64,000 bases of DNA from an uncultured Candidatus Saccharibacteria bacterium (GTDB lineage: Bacteria; Patescibacteriota; Saccharimonadia; Saccharimonadales; Saccharimonadaceae): contig CAMUBZ010000003.1 of the NCBI GenBank assembly GCA_947087275.1, positions 9,132 to 73,131 on the forward strand. The letters run 5' to 3'. Positions 46,184 to 54,236 of this stretch are shown here, one piece after another (positions within the stretch are counted from its first letter, which is position 1; each line of letters starts with the position of its first letter). Under the pieces are notes generated by a model, which made no database searches, was not told the DNA's origin, and was given only the letters and a program-made list of their open reading frames with translations. The position numbers were made by a program, and so were the translations under genes.

Positions 46184-46915
46184 CTATTTGATAAGGATTT
46201 CGTCTTCGGGCAGTTGCTGAAAACCGGCCGCAGAGGTAAAACCGTCATAGTAATTAGTTTTGACGGGCGGGTGACCAATCTTGTTGGCGGCTTTGACAAT
46301 TTCGTGCACGTCGTCAGTCAACTTATAGATGCGCATGTCACCCTTAGAAATCATGCCGAGAGGCAACATTTTGCTCTGGAAAAACTTGTCTAGTGGTTTC
46401 CAATAGTTCTTGCCGAAGAAGAATACGGGCATGTGTGGCATTTTGCCTTCTTGCATCAAGATGATGATTTCGGCAAGTTCGTCCAGCGTGCCGAGGCCAC
46501 CTGGGAACATCACATAGACCTTGGCGGACATCGCCAACATCACTTTGCGCGCGAAGAAATATTGGAATTGCATCGTGTCGGTAAGATAAGGATTGGGAAA
46601 TTGCTCGTGTTTGAGGGTAATATTGAGGCCAATACTACGACCGCCGTACTCAAAAGCGCCTTGGTTGGCGGCTTCCATAATCCCGGGGCCACCACCAGTA
46701 ATCACAGCGTGACCATTCTGCGCCAACAGTTGACCAAGTTCGCGAGCCTTTTTGCAATACTTATTATCTTGTGGCACTCGAGCGGAACCAAAAATTGTGA
46801 CGCCTTGCGGATAAGTGCGAACGATTTTGAGACCACGTTCAAGGTCGTTGGCGTAGGCCTTGGCGCGCTCCACGTCGGCGGCTTCGAGTTCGGCTAAAAT
46901 CTTTTCGTCTAACAT
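46184..46915 (-). CDS. LOG family protein (TIGR00730 Rossmann fold; nucleotide 5'-monophosphate nucleosidase-like)
   Basis: GGGPGIMEAAN and PGGLGTLDEL motifs. Confidence 0.8.
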   Translation of the reverse strand: MLDEKILAELEAADVERAKAYANDLERGLKIVRTYPQGVTIFGSARVPQDNKYCKKARELGQLLAQNGHAVITGGGPGIMEAANQGAFEYGGRSIGLNITLKHEQFPNPYLTDTMQFQYFFARKVMLAMSAKVYVMFPGGLGTLDELAEIIILMQEGKMPHMPVFFFGKNYWKPLDKFFQSKMLPLGMISKGDMRIYKLTDDVHEIVKAANKIGHPPVKTNYYDGFTSAAGFQQLPEDEILIK

Positions 46916-46926
46916 AGTTCCCTTTC

Positions 46927-47922
46927 TTATAGAGTTAAATCAGTAATTTTTTGAATTGGCATGGGGTGCAGATCTTCATCCCCAGACAATATGCCTGCCT
47001 TGGCACCGTATTTTTGCACGACACTGGCGGCGTTGGCCGCGGCGAATTGCAGTGCACGGGCGAAATGGCTATCTTTGGATTTGCCTGGCGGTTCACTCGT
47101 ATAAGCCGCCAAGAACCCGGCACCAAAGGCATCGCCGGCACCAGTGGCATCGCGCATTTTGACTTGCTCATAAACGCCTAGTCGGTAAACCTCATGATGG
47201 TCGGTAGCAATTGAACCCATTTCACCGTCGGTAATGATGACGGTCTCGCAATAGGCAGCCAAATGTACTAATAGTTCCGTTAGGACGACGCCCGGAACGA
47301 TTTTGGCGGCTTCACGCTTGTTGACCAGCAAAACATCAACATCGCTCAACAAGCCAATGAGTTTGGGCAGTTGTTTGATTTCCAGCTCACCGGGATTAAA
47401 CATAATCTTGGCACCCAGCGCATGTGCAGTTTCGAAAAAGGCCAATAGCGTATCCATATCACCACGCAGGCTCGTGACATAGAGCCAATCGGGAGCGATT
47501 AACTCTAGATCGCTAGCGGAAAGATTATGGAAGCGACCCGAAACCCCACGGTGAGTGAGGATCGTGCGCTCGCCACTTTTGGCATCGAGCATCACTACAG
47601 AACAGCCAGTTTTGCCGCGCAAGAATTCGACATAACTACTGTCGACATTTTCTTCGTCGAGGCAAGCCAACACGGCTTCGCCAGCTGCATCGTGAGCCAA
47701 GTTGCCCATATAAATCGTCTCATGGCCATGTCTAGCAAAACTCACGGCGGCATTAGTTCCCCCTCCACCAACTTCAAAGGCAACCTTATCGATGTCGACC
47801 TTGGTGCCAATCACCAACTGGCCAAAAATCGACTGCCCAGCGACTTCGGAGCCAACAAAATCATCCCGGTCAATCAGGTAGATATCTTGCAGAGCCGAAC
47901 CAAGCGAGACAATCCGCGCCAT
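46927..47922 (-). CDS. PfkB-family carbohydrate kinase (ribokinase-like)
   Basis: GGGGTNAA and DATGAGDAFGAGFLAA motifs. Confidence 0.8.
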   Translation of the reverse strand: MARIVSLGSALQDIYLIDRDDFVGSEVAGQSIFGQLVIGTKVDIDKVAFEVGGGGTNAAVSFARHGHETIYMGNLAHDAAGEAVLACLDEENVDSSYVEFLRGKTGCSVVMLDAKSGERTILTHRGVSGRFHNLSASDLELIAPDWLYVTSLRGDMDTLLAFFETAHALGAKIMFNPGELEIKQLPKLIGLLSDVDVLLVNKREAAKIVPGVVLTELLVHLAAYCETVIITDGEMGSIATDHHEVYRLGVYEQVKMRDATGAGDAFGAGFLAAYTSEPPGKSKDSHFARALQFAAANAASVVQKYGAKAGILSGDEDLHPMPIQKITDLTL

Positions 47923-48570
47923 CTAAATCAAAACGCCTTTCTTTTCACATTCGGCTAGCAATGACTGATACATAGCGGCGGCATCGGCGGCCTGAGTAAT
48001 AGCGCTGCCAACATTAATAACGTCAATTCCGGCATGTGCCAAGGCACGCACGTTGCTGAGGTTGGCGCCGCCATCCCAACCGATCTCGACATCGGCTTTG
48101 ATATTGCGAATCAGTGGCACCTTTTCGGTTTGCATCATGTCAATAACGCCACCTTGGCTACCCAACTCACCCGCAAAAATCATGACGTGGTCGGCAACTT
48201 GAATCAGATTAGCGACTCGGCCCGGAAAAGTTGTCTTGATCATGGCAAGACCCACCTTGATGCCAGCATCTTTGAGCTGCGTGAATAAACTATTTAAATC
48301 ATCGTCCACCTCGGCGTGCAAAATACAGAGGCGTGGCTTAAGGTTGAGAATATCGGACAAATGTTCGGATGGCCGCGCAGACATCACATGCAGGTCGATC
48401 GCCACACCCTCAGGAATCTTCATACTAGCAAGCGGGACCAAAGTTGTTGGCGCAAAACTACCGTCTGAGGCGTCAATTTGAATACGTTTGGAAAACTGGC
48501 TAAATTTGGTCAAACTTTCATCAAAAAACGCTTGGTTGTCGGTAGTAATGGTAGGAACGATGGCCGCCAT
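47923..48570 (-). CDS. rpe: ribulose-phosphate 3-epimerase family protein
   Basis: Collinear with Rpe blocks: IVPTITTDN, QIDASDGSFAPT, IDLHVM, WDGGA, VGSAI. Confidence 0.65.
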   Translation of the reverse strand: MAAIVPTITTDNQAFFDESLTKFSQFSKRIQIDASDGSFAPTTLVPLASMKIPEGVAIDLHVMSARPSEHLSDILNLKPRLCILHAEVDDDLNSLFTQLKDAGIKVGLAMIKTTFPGRVANLIQVADHVMIFAGELGSQGGVIDMMQTEKVPLIRNIKADVEIGWDGGANLSNVRALAHAGIDVINVGSAITQAADAAAMYQSLLAECEKKGVLI

Positions 48571-48575
48571 AATTT

Positions 48576-49100
48576 CTATTCCTCCTCGTCGTCTTCGTCG
48601 TCGCCACCAAACTTGAGGCTAAATTCGATGCCACCACTAACTTTGGCGTGGTCCTCATCGAGACGTTTGACGCGGCGCACATAGCGTTCCTCAAGTTTGG
48701 GATGCGTGTGGCACATGGTCTTGATGAGTTTTTCCATGGTATCAACATCAAGTTTGTCGCCAGAAAGGCAAAGAATGTTGGCGTGGTCGTCTTCGCGGCC
48801 GGCTTTGACGCTCTCGAGCGTGCTAGCGTTGATCGCACGCGCACCTTTGATGCGGTTGGCTTGCATACAGACACCATGCGCTGAACCACAAATCAGCACA
48901 CCGAAGCTGTATTTATCTTTGGCGACGGCCCGAGCCACAGCCAGCGCCGGATCGTTAAAATCGTCATCTTCGACTAGACTGTCGGCTCCCAAATCTTCGA
49001 CAATAACGTTTTCGTGGCAATCGCGGATAAGAGGCAGAAGGTCTTCCTTTTTCTGAAAACCACGATGGTCTGCTCCGACATAGATATGATATTCTGGCAT
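48576..49100 (-). CDS. rpiB: ribose 5-phosphate isomerase B (RpiB/LacA/LacB family)
   Basis: ADHRG and GVLICGSAHGVCMQANR motifs. ATG at 49100 follows AGGAGG. Confidence 0.85.
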   Translation of the reverse strand: MPEYHIYVGADHRGFQKKEDLLPLIRDCHENVIVEDLGADSLVEDDDFNDPALAVARAVAKDKYSFGVLICGSAHGVCMQANRIKGARAINASTLESVKAGREDDHANILCLSGDKLDVDTMEKLIKTMCHTHPKLEERYVRRVKRLDEDHAKVSGGIEFSLKFGGDDEDDEEE

Positions 49101-49128
49101 ATTTCCTCCTTTATTCCTCTTTAGTCTA

Positions 49129-50133
49129 TTATACTTCGCGGCCAAAATCAACCGAGAGTTCGACGAGGCGGTTAGAATAGCCCCACTCGTTGTCGTACCA
49201 AGCCACAACTTTGACCAAATTGCCACCCACGACATCAGTCAAAGGCAAATCAACCACAGCTGAATGCGAATTACCCCGGAAATCCGACGAGACCAATTCG
49301 TCGTGCGTAACGTCCAAAATTCCCTCGTAATATGGCTCTTCGGCGGCCTTTTCAAAGACAGCATTGAGCTCTTCGACAGTAACGTCGCGTTTGAGTACAG
49401 CAGTAATATCAGCAAGGCTCACCACAAGACTAGGTACACGGACGCTTAGTCCATTGAAGCGGTTCTCAAGACTCGGAATTGTGAGTGCGGCGGCCTTGGA
49501 AGCACCAGTCGTAGTTGGCACAATATTGACGGCGGCGGCTCGCGCTTCGCGGATATCTTTGGCAGAATCGTCGACTAATTTCTGCGAGGCGGTGTAGGAA
49601 TGAACGGTGGTCATCATGGCCTTTTCGATGCCGAAATTATCTTCGATAACTTTCATCACTGGGGCGATGCAGTTCGTAGTACATGACGCGCAGCTCAAAA
49701 TATCATCATCAGCGGTAACGACTTCTTCGTTGACGCCGAGGACGACAGTCTTGGCACCGGGGCCTTTGGCCGGGGCAGAAATCACGACTTTGCGCGCGCC
49801 AGCCTTGATATGTAGACGGGCGTCGGCCGGATTGCAAAAACGTCCAGTGCACTCGAGGACGGTGTCAATTTCTAACTTGTCCCAAGGTAATTTGATGGGA
49901 TCGGGCTCAGACATAAAGAGGATTTTGGTGCCGTCAACGATAATATGCTTGTCATCAAAGCCAACTTCGTGGTCATACACACCATAAGCAGAATCATACT
50001 TGAGCAAATGGGCGAAGGTGGCGGGGTCGCCAAGGGTATTGATGGCGACGATTTCGGCATCACGGCGCTCAAAAGCAATCTTGAACGCACAACGCCCAAT
50101 CCGTCCAAATCCGTTGATTGCTAGTCTCACCAT
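49129..50133 (-). CDS. gap: type I glyceraldehyde-3-phosphate dehydrogenase
   Basis: NGFGRIGR and active site SCTTNC. Confidence 0.93.
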   Translation of the reverse strand: MVRLAINGFGRIGRCAFKIAFERRDAEIVAINTLGDPATFAHLLKYDSAYGVYDHEVGFDDKHIIVDGTKILFMSEPDPIKLPWDKLEIDTVLECTGRFCNPADARLHIKAGARKVVISAPAKGPGAKTVVLGVNEEVVTADDDILSCASCTTNCIAPVMKVIEDNFGIEKAMMTTVHSYTASQKLVDDSAKDIREARAAAVNIVPTTTGASKAAALTIPSLENRFNGLSVRVPSLVVSLADITAVLKRDVTVEELNAVFEKAAEEPYYEGILDVTHDELVSSDFRGNSHSAVVDLPLTDVVGGNLVKVVAWYDNEWGYSNRLVELSVDFGREV

Positions 50134-50220
50134 TTGTTTTTGCCTCCTAGTTCTAGATTTATGTTTATTATAGCATAAGTTGAATCAAGATAATGTTGTG
50201 AAAATTACAATACTTACTTC

Positions 50221-50445
50221 GTGCGCAGCGGAGGCTTTGCCTTAACGGTTGCGAATGGCATCCTCAGACGTGCTGGCCAAGGTGGTATTTATTGGTCAAA
50301 TCAGGCTGGAATATACATATCTGATATATCGGCTCCTGCATATTATCTCGATTTAAATGCTACCAGTGTGGCTTCATCCGGGCTAAATAGTCGTTACCAT
50401 GGTTTCCCCCTCCGCTGCCTTAGTACTGTATTAGGTATGTAGGAG
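50221..50445 (+). repeat. orphan FISUMP/DUF1566-like C-terminal cassette, copy I
   Basis: Conserved borders. Frame MRSGGFALTVAN...IYWSNQ...AYYL...FPLRCLSTVLGM*. Confidence 0.9.
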
Positions 50446-50453
50446 TGGGAGAT

Positions 50454-50482
50454 AAAAAATGACCCCTTGCGGGGCCATTTTT
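50454..50482. terminator. bidirectional intrinsic terminator (after rpsG)
   Basis: AAAAAATGACCCC-TTGC-GGGGCCATTTTT. Confidence 0.7.
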
Positions 50483-50495
50483 ACTAACTCTATAA

Positions 50496-50975
50496 TTACG
50501 CGCGAGCGAAGTGAGCAAAGGCGCGGTTGGCCTCGGCCATGCGGTGACAGTCTTCTTTCTTCTTGAAGGCAGTACCGGTTTCGTTGTAAGCGTCGATAAT
50601 CTCAAGTTCGAGGCGCTTGGCGTATGGCATTCCCTGACGGGCACGAGCAGCTTGCACCAGCCAAGAAAAGGCAAAGTGCTGCTGACGGTGGCCGGAAATT
50701 GGGAATGGAATTTGATAGTTAGCACCACCAACACGGCGAGACTTAACTTCAAAATCTGGGCTGATATTAGCCAGAGCCTTTTCGAACACAGCCACTGGAT
50801 CTTCGGAATTCAACTTCTTGGCGGCACCCTCGAGGGCGGCATAGACTGCACGCTCAGCGGCCTGCTTCTTGCCGTCAAGCATGGACTTATTAATCAAACG
50901 CTGCACCAAGACCGACTGATATTTGCGATCCGGGTTAGTTTTGCGCTGAAGAGACTTTGTAACTTTGCGTGACAT
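50496..50975 (-). CDS. rpsG: 30S ribosomal protein S7
   Basis: Typical S7 sequence (DRKYQSVLVQRLINKSMLDGKK). Confidence 0.95.
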   Translation of the reverse strand: MSRKVTKSLQRKTNPDRKYQSVLVQRLINKSMLDGKKQAAERAVYAALEGAAKKLNSEDPVAVFEKALANISPDFEVKSRRVGGANYQIPFPISGHRQQHFAFSWLVQAARARQGMPYAKRLELEIIDAYNETGTAFKKKEDCHRMAEANRAFAHFARA

Positions 50976-50978
50976 AGA

Positions 50979-51389
50979 TTATTCTCCCTTCTTCGCACCG
51001 TATTTAGAACGGCCTTGCTTACGATTTTGTACACCTTGAAGGTCAAGCGTACCACGCACAATGTGATACCGCACACCTGGAAGATCTGGCACACGACCGC
51101 CACGAACAAGCACTACGGCGTGCTCCTGGAGGTTGTGACCTTCACCACCGATATAGGCCCAAACTTCTTGACCGTTGGTCAAGCGCACACGAGCGACTTT
51201 GCGCAAAGCGGAGTTTGGTTTCTTTGGAGTCTTGGTAGTGACCTTGAGACAGACGCCACGCTTGAGTGGAGCAGCCTGCTCATAACGCTTGGTCTTGAGC
51301 GTGTTAACAATGGAACCGAGCGCCGGAGCCTTGGATTTCTTGGCGGCTTTCTGGCGTGGTTTACGAATCAACTGGTTGATAGTTGGCAC
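50979..51389 (-). CDS. rpsL: 30S ribosomal protein S12
   Basis: [24 protein letters not shown] and [13 protein letters not shown] motifs. GTG start. Confidence 0.95.
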   Translation of the reverse strand: MPTINQLIRKPRQKAAKKSKAPALGSIVNTLKTKRYEQAAPLKRGVCLKVTTKTPKKPNSALRKVARVRLTNGQEVWAYIGGEGHNLQEHAVVLVRGGRVPDLPGVRYHIVRGTLDLQGVQNRKQGRSKYGAKKGE

Positions 51390-51465
51390 GATAAAATTCC
51401 CTAATTAAACTTAATATTTTGGCATTTTGTTTACAGCAATGCAAAATGCCCGAAACTCTTTCTTG

Positions 51466-51494
51466 ATTATAGCGCAAATTGCGAAAAAAGGCAA
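51466..51494 (-). promoter_or_regulatory. candidate rpsL promoter (TTGCCT-17-TATAAT) with a leader hairpin at 51421-51451
   Basis: -10 at 51466-51471 and -35 at 51489-51494 on the minus strand. Confidence 0.5.
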
Positions 51495-51535
51495 GAACTT
51501 TATTGCTTGCGTATCGCTCCTGCGCACCTAATACA

Positions 51536-51751
51536 GTGCGCAGCGGGTACTTCAGTTTGGCTACTACTGCTGGCGTCCTCAGTCACACTAGTGCAGCTGG
51601 CGACTGGTGGTCATCGCGAGCGTCTTCGTCGGCTGCTTATGGGTACCACTCGAACTTCGGTGCTTCAAGCGTGGCTCCGTCGGCCGACTCTGGTAATCGT
51701 TACGTCGGTCGTCCCCTCCGCTGCCTTAGTACTGTATTAGGTATGTAGGAG
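51536..51751 (+). repeat. orphan FISUMP/DUF1566-like C-terminal cassette, copy J
   Basis: Conserved borders. Frame VRSGYFSLATTAG...DWWSSRASS...RPLRCLSTVLGM*. Confidence 0.9.
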
Positions 51752-51981
51752 TACGAAATGATAAAATCAAGTTGTGGATACACCTCCATGGGTACCAAAA
51801 GCAGCCCGAGCTCACTCCTCCGCTAGCTGGCGGTCCTCGAGAAAAGATCGTGAAGTTCCCTTCTGAGTTCTAAGAGAAACATTGAGGCTTGATGATTTTT
51901 GGCTACGGCCAGAAAGACAATATATGAACTTCTAACCATTCCGGTCACTGACTGCGATTTTTTCGTTGTTTGAGTAGAGGC

Positions 51982-52168
51982 GTGCGCAGCGGGTATGTCA
52001 ATCCGGCTAACTCGGCTGGTACCTTTAGGAACGCTGGCAACAACGGCAACTGGTGGGCGTCGCGAGCCTACTCGTCCACTACCCACGCGTACAACCTCAA
52101 CGTTTATACGACGGTGAATCCGTCAAACAACAGCAATCGTTACGCCGGTTTCTCCCTCCGCTGCCTTA
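51982..52168 (+). repeat. FISUMP/DUF1566-like cassette, copy K, 3'-truncated after CCGCTGCCTTA
   Basis: Frame VRSGYVNPANSAGTFRNAGNNGNWWASRAYSSTTHAYNL...FSLRCL. Homology ends at 52168 and unrelated sequence with a promoter follows. Confidence 0.85.
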
Positions 52169-52198
52169 TTTTTGCCGCGGGGGTGCCGATCTTTGCCA

Positions 52199-52227
52199 TT
52201 GACAAATTACATTATCCGTGGTACAAT
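52199..52227 (+). promoter_or_regulatory. consensus promoter TTGACA-17-TACAAT with TGn
   Basis: -35 at 52199-52204 and -10 at 52222-52227. It begins 31 nt after the copy K breakpoint. Confidence 0.6.
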
Positions 52228-52292
52228 AGAGAGATGAGGGGTGCACATTTCGGTTTTGACTATGCTTGGTGTGCTCCCAGAAGGAGGAAAAA

Positions 52293-52796
52293 ATGACAGA
52301 AAAATCTGAAAAAACCGTACAATATCGTTTCTCGTCCACTAAAATTCTGAAAGTTTTTACATTTCTCTCAGCCTTGATACTTATCAACCTGGTAGCTGCG
52401 ATTGTCGTTTTGATTCGTGCCTGGCCATGTGGCATTACCAAAGAGACCTGCGCCGTGGTAGGCATTACTTGGTTGCCCGCAATCATCGCATTGATTGGTG
52501 GAAAGATGTGGTGGAATTTTGCGCGTTCTCTGGAAGGAACAAAAGGATTATGTAATATCAGGTCGATTGGGTCCACTCTTCTGATGACCGGAGCACTAGC
52601 CTTTGTTAATGCAGTAATATACTGGCAAACAGATGACCTTAGGATAATCTTAAATAATATTTTGTTTGTTTATCTACTGTTTGGGTCGAACGTGGTATTC
52701 ACGATTCTTGAAGTCTATTCAAATTATCGCCATGAATATCCGCAACGCACAATCGATTTCCTGACATATTGCAATCTGACGAGAATTATTAAGTAA
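52293..52796 (+). CDS. multi-pass membrane protein, paralog of 29018-29518
   Basis: ATG follows AGGAGG. Shares N- and C-terminal motifs with the 29018 gene; 4 TM helices. Confidence 0.6.
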   Translation: MTEKSEKTVQYRFSSTKILKVFTFLSALILINLVAAIVVLIRAWPCGITKETCAVVGITWLPAIIALIGGKMWWNFARSLEGTKGLCNIRSIGSTLLMTGALAFVNAVIYWQTDDLRIILNNILFVYLLFGSNVVFTILEVYSNYRHEYPQRTIDFLTYCNLTRIIK

Positions 52797-52810
52797 CAGG
52801 CATAGTACTA

Positions 52811-52845
52811 TGCCGGAACCGTAAAAGGTTCCGGCATTTTGCTTT
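52811..52845 (+). terminator. intrinsic terminator
   Basis: TGCCGGAACC-GTAAAA-GGTTCCGGCA followed by a T-rich run. Confidence 0.7.
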
Positions 52846-52866
52846 TCTGATCATCTACGGTCAAGA

Positions 52867-54204
52867 CTACTTCTTGGCAGTTTTCTTGGCTGGTTTCTTT
52901 TCTGTCTTTTCGGCTTTGGCAGTCTTCGGCTGATTAGCATCAACCAAGAAGTCGAGGGTCTTGTCAATCGTCATGCGATTCTTGATATCTTGGCGCACTT
53001 CTGGCTTTTTGAGATTCGCCAAAGCCTCTTTGGACTTCTGGTAGACATCTTTCAGCTCAGCAATCTTGGCGTCGACTTCTTCTTCGCTAGCGGTAATTTT
53101 CTCATCACGAGCCAAGATTTGTAGCACTAAGGATGCTTTGACGCGGGCTTCGGCGAGTTCGCGAGCCTGTTTCTCCCATTCCTCTTCGCTCTGGCCCACA
53201 CGCTCCAAGTATTGCTCAAAAGTCATACCATGACTCATGGCATTGCGATTCATATCATCTTTAATAAAACGCAATTGGTCGTTAATCAAAATCTCGGGAG
53301 CGGCAACCTTGGAAACCTTAACCAGTTCATTCACCAAGTCATCGCGATATTTCTCAGCAGCCTTATGCGCGTTTTGTGCTTCGAGATTCTTCTTGATGTC
53401 GGCGCGCAGTTCATCCATATTCTTAAAATTGCCGCATTTCTTGGCTAAATCGTCGCCCTCAGTAGGCTTGACGACCTCATTGACTTGTTTGACCAGAGTC
53501 TCAAACACAGCCTTTTGACCAGCAAGCGACTTCTCAGGATAATCTTTGGGGAAAGTGACCTCGAGATCAAACTTATCGCCCGCTTCGTGCCCGATAATTC
53601 CCTCTTCAAAGCCGGGGATAAACTGGCCAGAACCAAGCACCAGATGATGATCTTTGGCACTACCACCGGCGAATTCGACGCCATCTTTTTTGCCGACAAA
53701 GTCGATGATGACCTCATCACCATTCGCAGCGGCCTTCTTGACGACCTTTTTCTCGGCATAAGCGTCAATAATATTATCTATAATCTCTTGGACATCTGCC
53801 GCCGAGGCTTCAACTTTGTCCATTTTGGCTTTGAGTTTCTTGTAATCGCCGAGTTTGACTTCTGGCAGAATGTCAGCATTGGCGGTATATTCGGCGCTCT
53901 CGTCAGGAACGTACTTAGTAACGTTGACTTTCTCGATAGCAATTGGAGCTAACTTGGCCTGGTCAAAAGCAGCCGGCATAGTGGTGCGCACGGCAACGTC
54001 AATCGTCTCGCTGGCAATATCATTGGGAGAGAGGCTTTTCTCAACCATGGAGGCAGGAGCCTTACCCTTGCGGAAACCCTGAAGTTTAACGTCTTTGGCA
54101 AGATTTGCAATCGCCTTTGCGCGGGCAGTCTTGAGGTCGTCGCTGTCGAGTACGACCTTGACTTCCACCTTAGTATCAGATAAGTTCTTTGTTGTAGTCT
54201 TCAT
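52867..54204 (-). CDS. tig: trigger factor
   Basis: N-terminal ribosome-binding motif GFRKGKAP, an FKBP-like middle domain and a C-terminal arm. Confidence 0.92.
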   Translation of the reverse strand: MKTTTKNLSDTKVEVKVVLDSDDLKTARAKAIANLAKDVKLQGFRKGKAPASMVEKSLSPNDIASETIDVAVRTTMPAAFDQAKLAPIAIEKVNVTKYVPDESAEYTANADILPEVKLGDYKKLKAKMDKVEASAADVQEIIDNIIDAYAEKKVVKKAAANGDEVIIDFVGKKDGVEFAGGSAKDHHLVLGSGQFIPGFEEGIIGHEAGDKFDLEVTFPKDYPEKSLAGQKAVFETLVKQVNEVVKPTEGDDLAKKCGNFKNMDELRADIKKNLEAQNAHKAAEKYRDDLVNELVKVSKVAAPEILINDQLRFIKDDMNRNAMSHGMTFEQYLERVGQSEEEWEKQARELAEARVKASLVLQILARDEKITASEEEVDAKIAELKDVYQKSKEALANLKKPEVRQDIKNRMTIDKTLDFLVDANQPKTAKAEKTEKKPAKKTAKK

Positions 54205-54210
54205 ACAGAC

Positions 54211-54219
54211 AGTATAGCA
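54211..54219 (-). promoter_or_regulatory. extended -10 (TGCTATACT) 6 nt upstream of the tig ATG; candidate leaderless promoter
   Basis: Minus strand reads TGCTATACTGTCTGTATG. Confidence 0.4.
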
Positions 54220-54236
54220 CAGAAAACAGAGATGCG

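Noticed and set aside
9757-51751. CRISPR array formed by the repeated 36-nt sequence.
   Set aside because: The copies are 0.2 to 10 kb apart, lie on both strands and are separated by genes. Each is the end of a longer homologous coding-like unit. There is no regular repeat-spacer periodicity and no cas genes.
51982-52168. Diversity-generating retroelement: copy K as an AAC-rich template repeat and the other cassettes as variable regions. C-type-lectin-like and DUF1566 folds are known DGR targets, and the conserved 3' end plus hairpin could act like an IMH.
   Set aside because: Codon-by-codon comparison of K with B, E and J shows differences at all four bases, including many C/T and G/A synonymous changes, plus length variation. 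The differences are not restricted to adenines. No reverse transcriptase ORF (no YxDD-type motif) exists in the window. A DGR elsewhere in the genome cannot be excluded.
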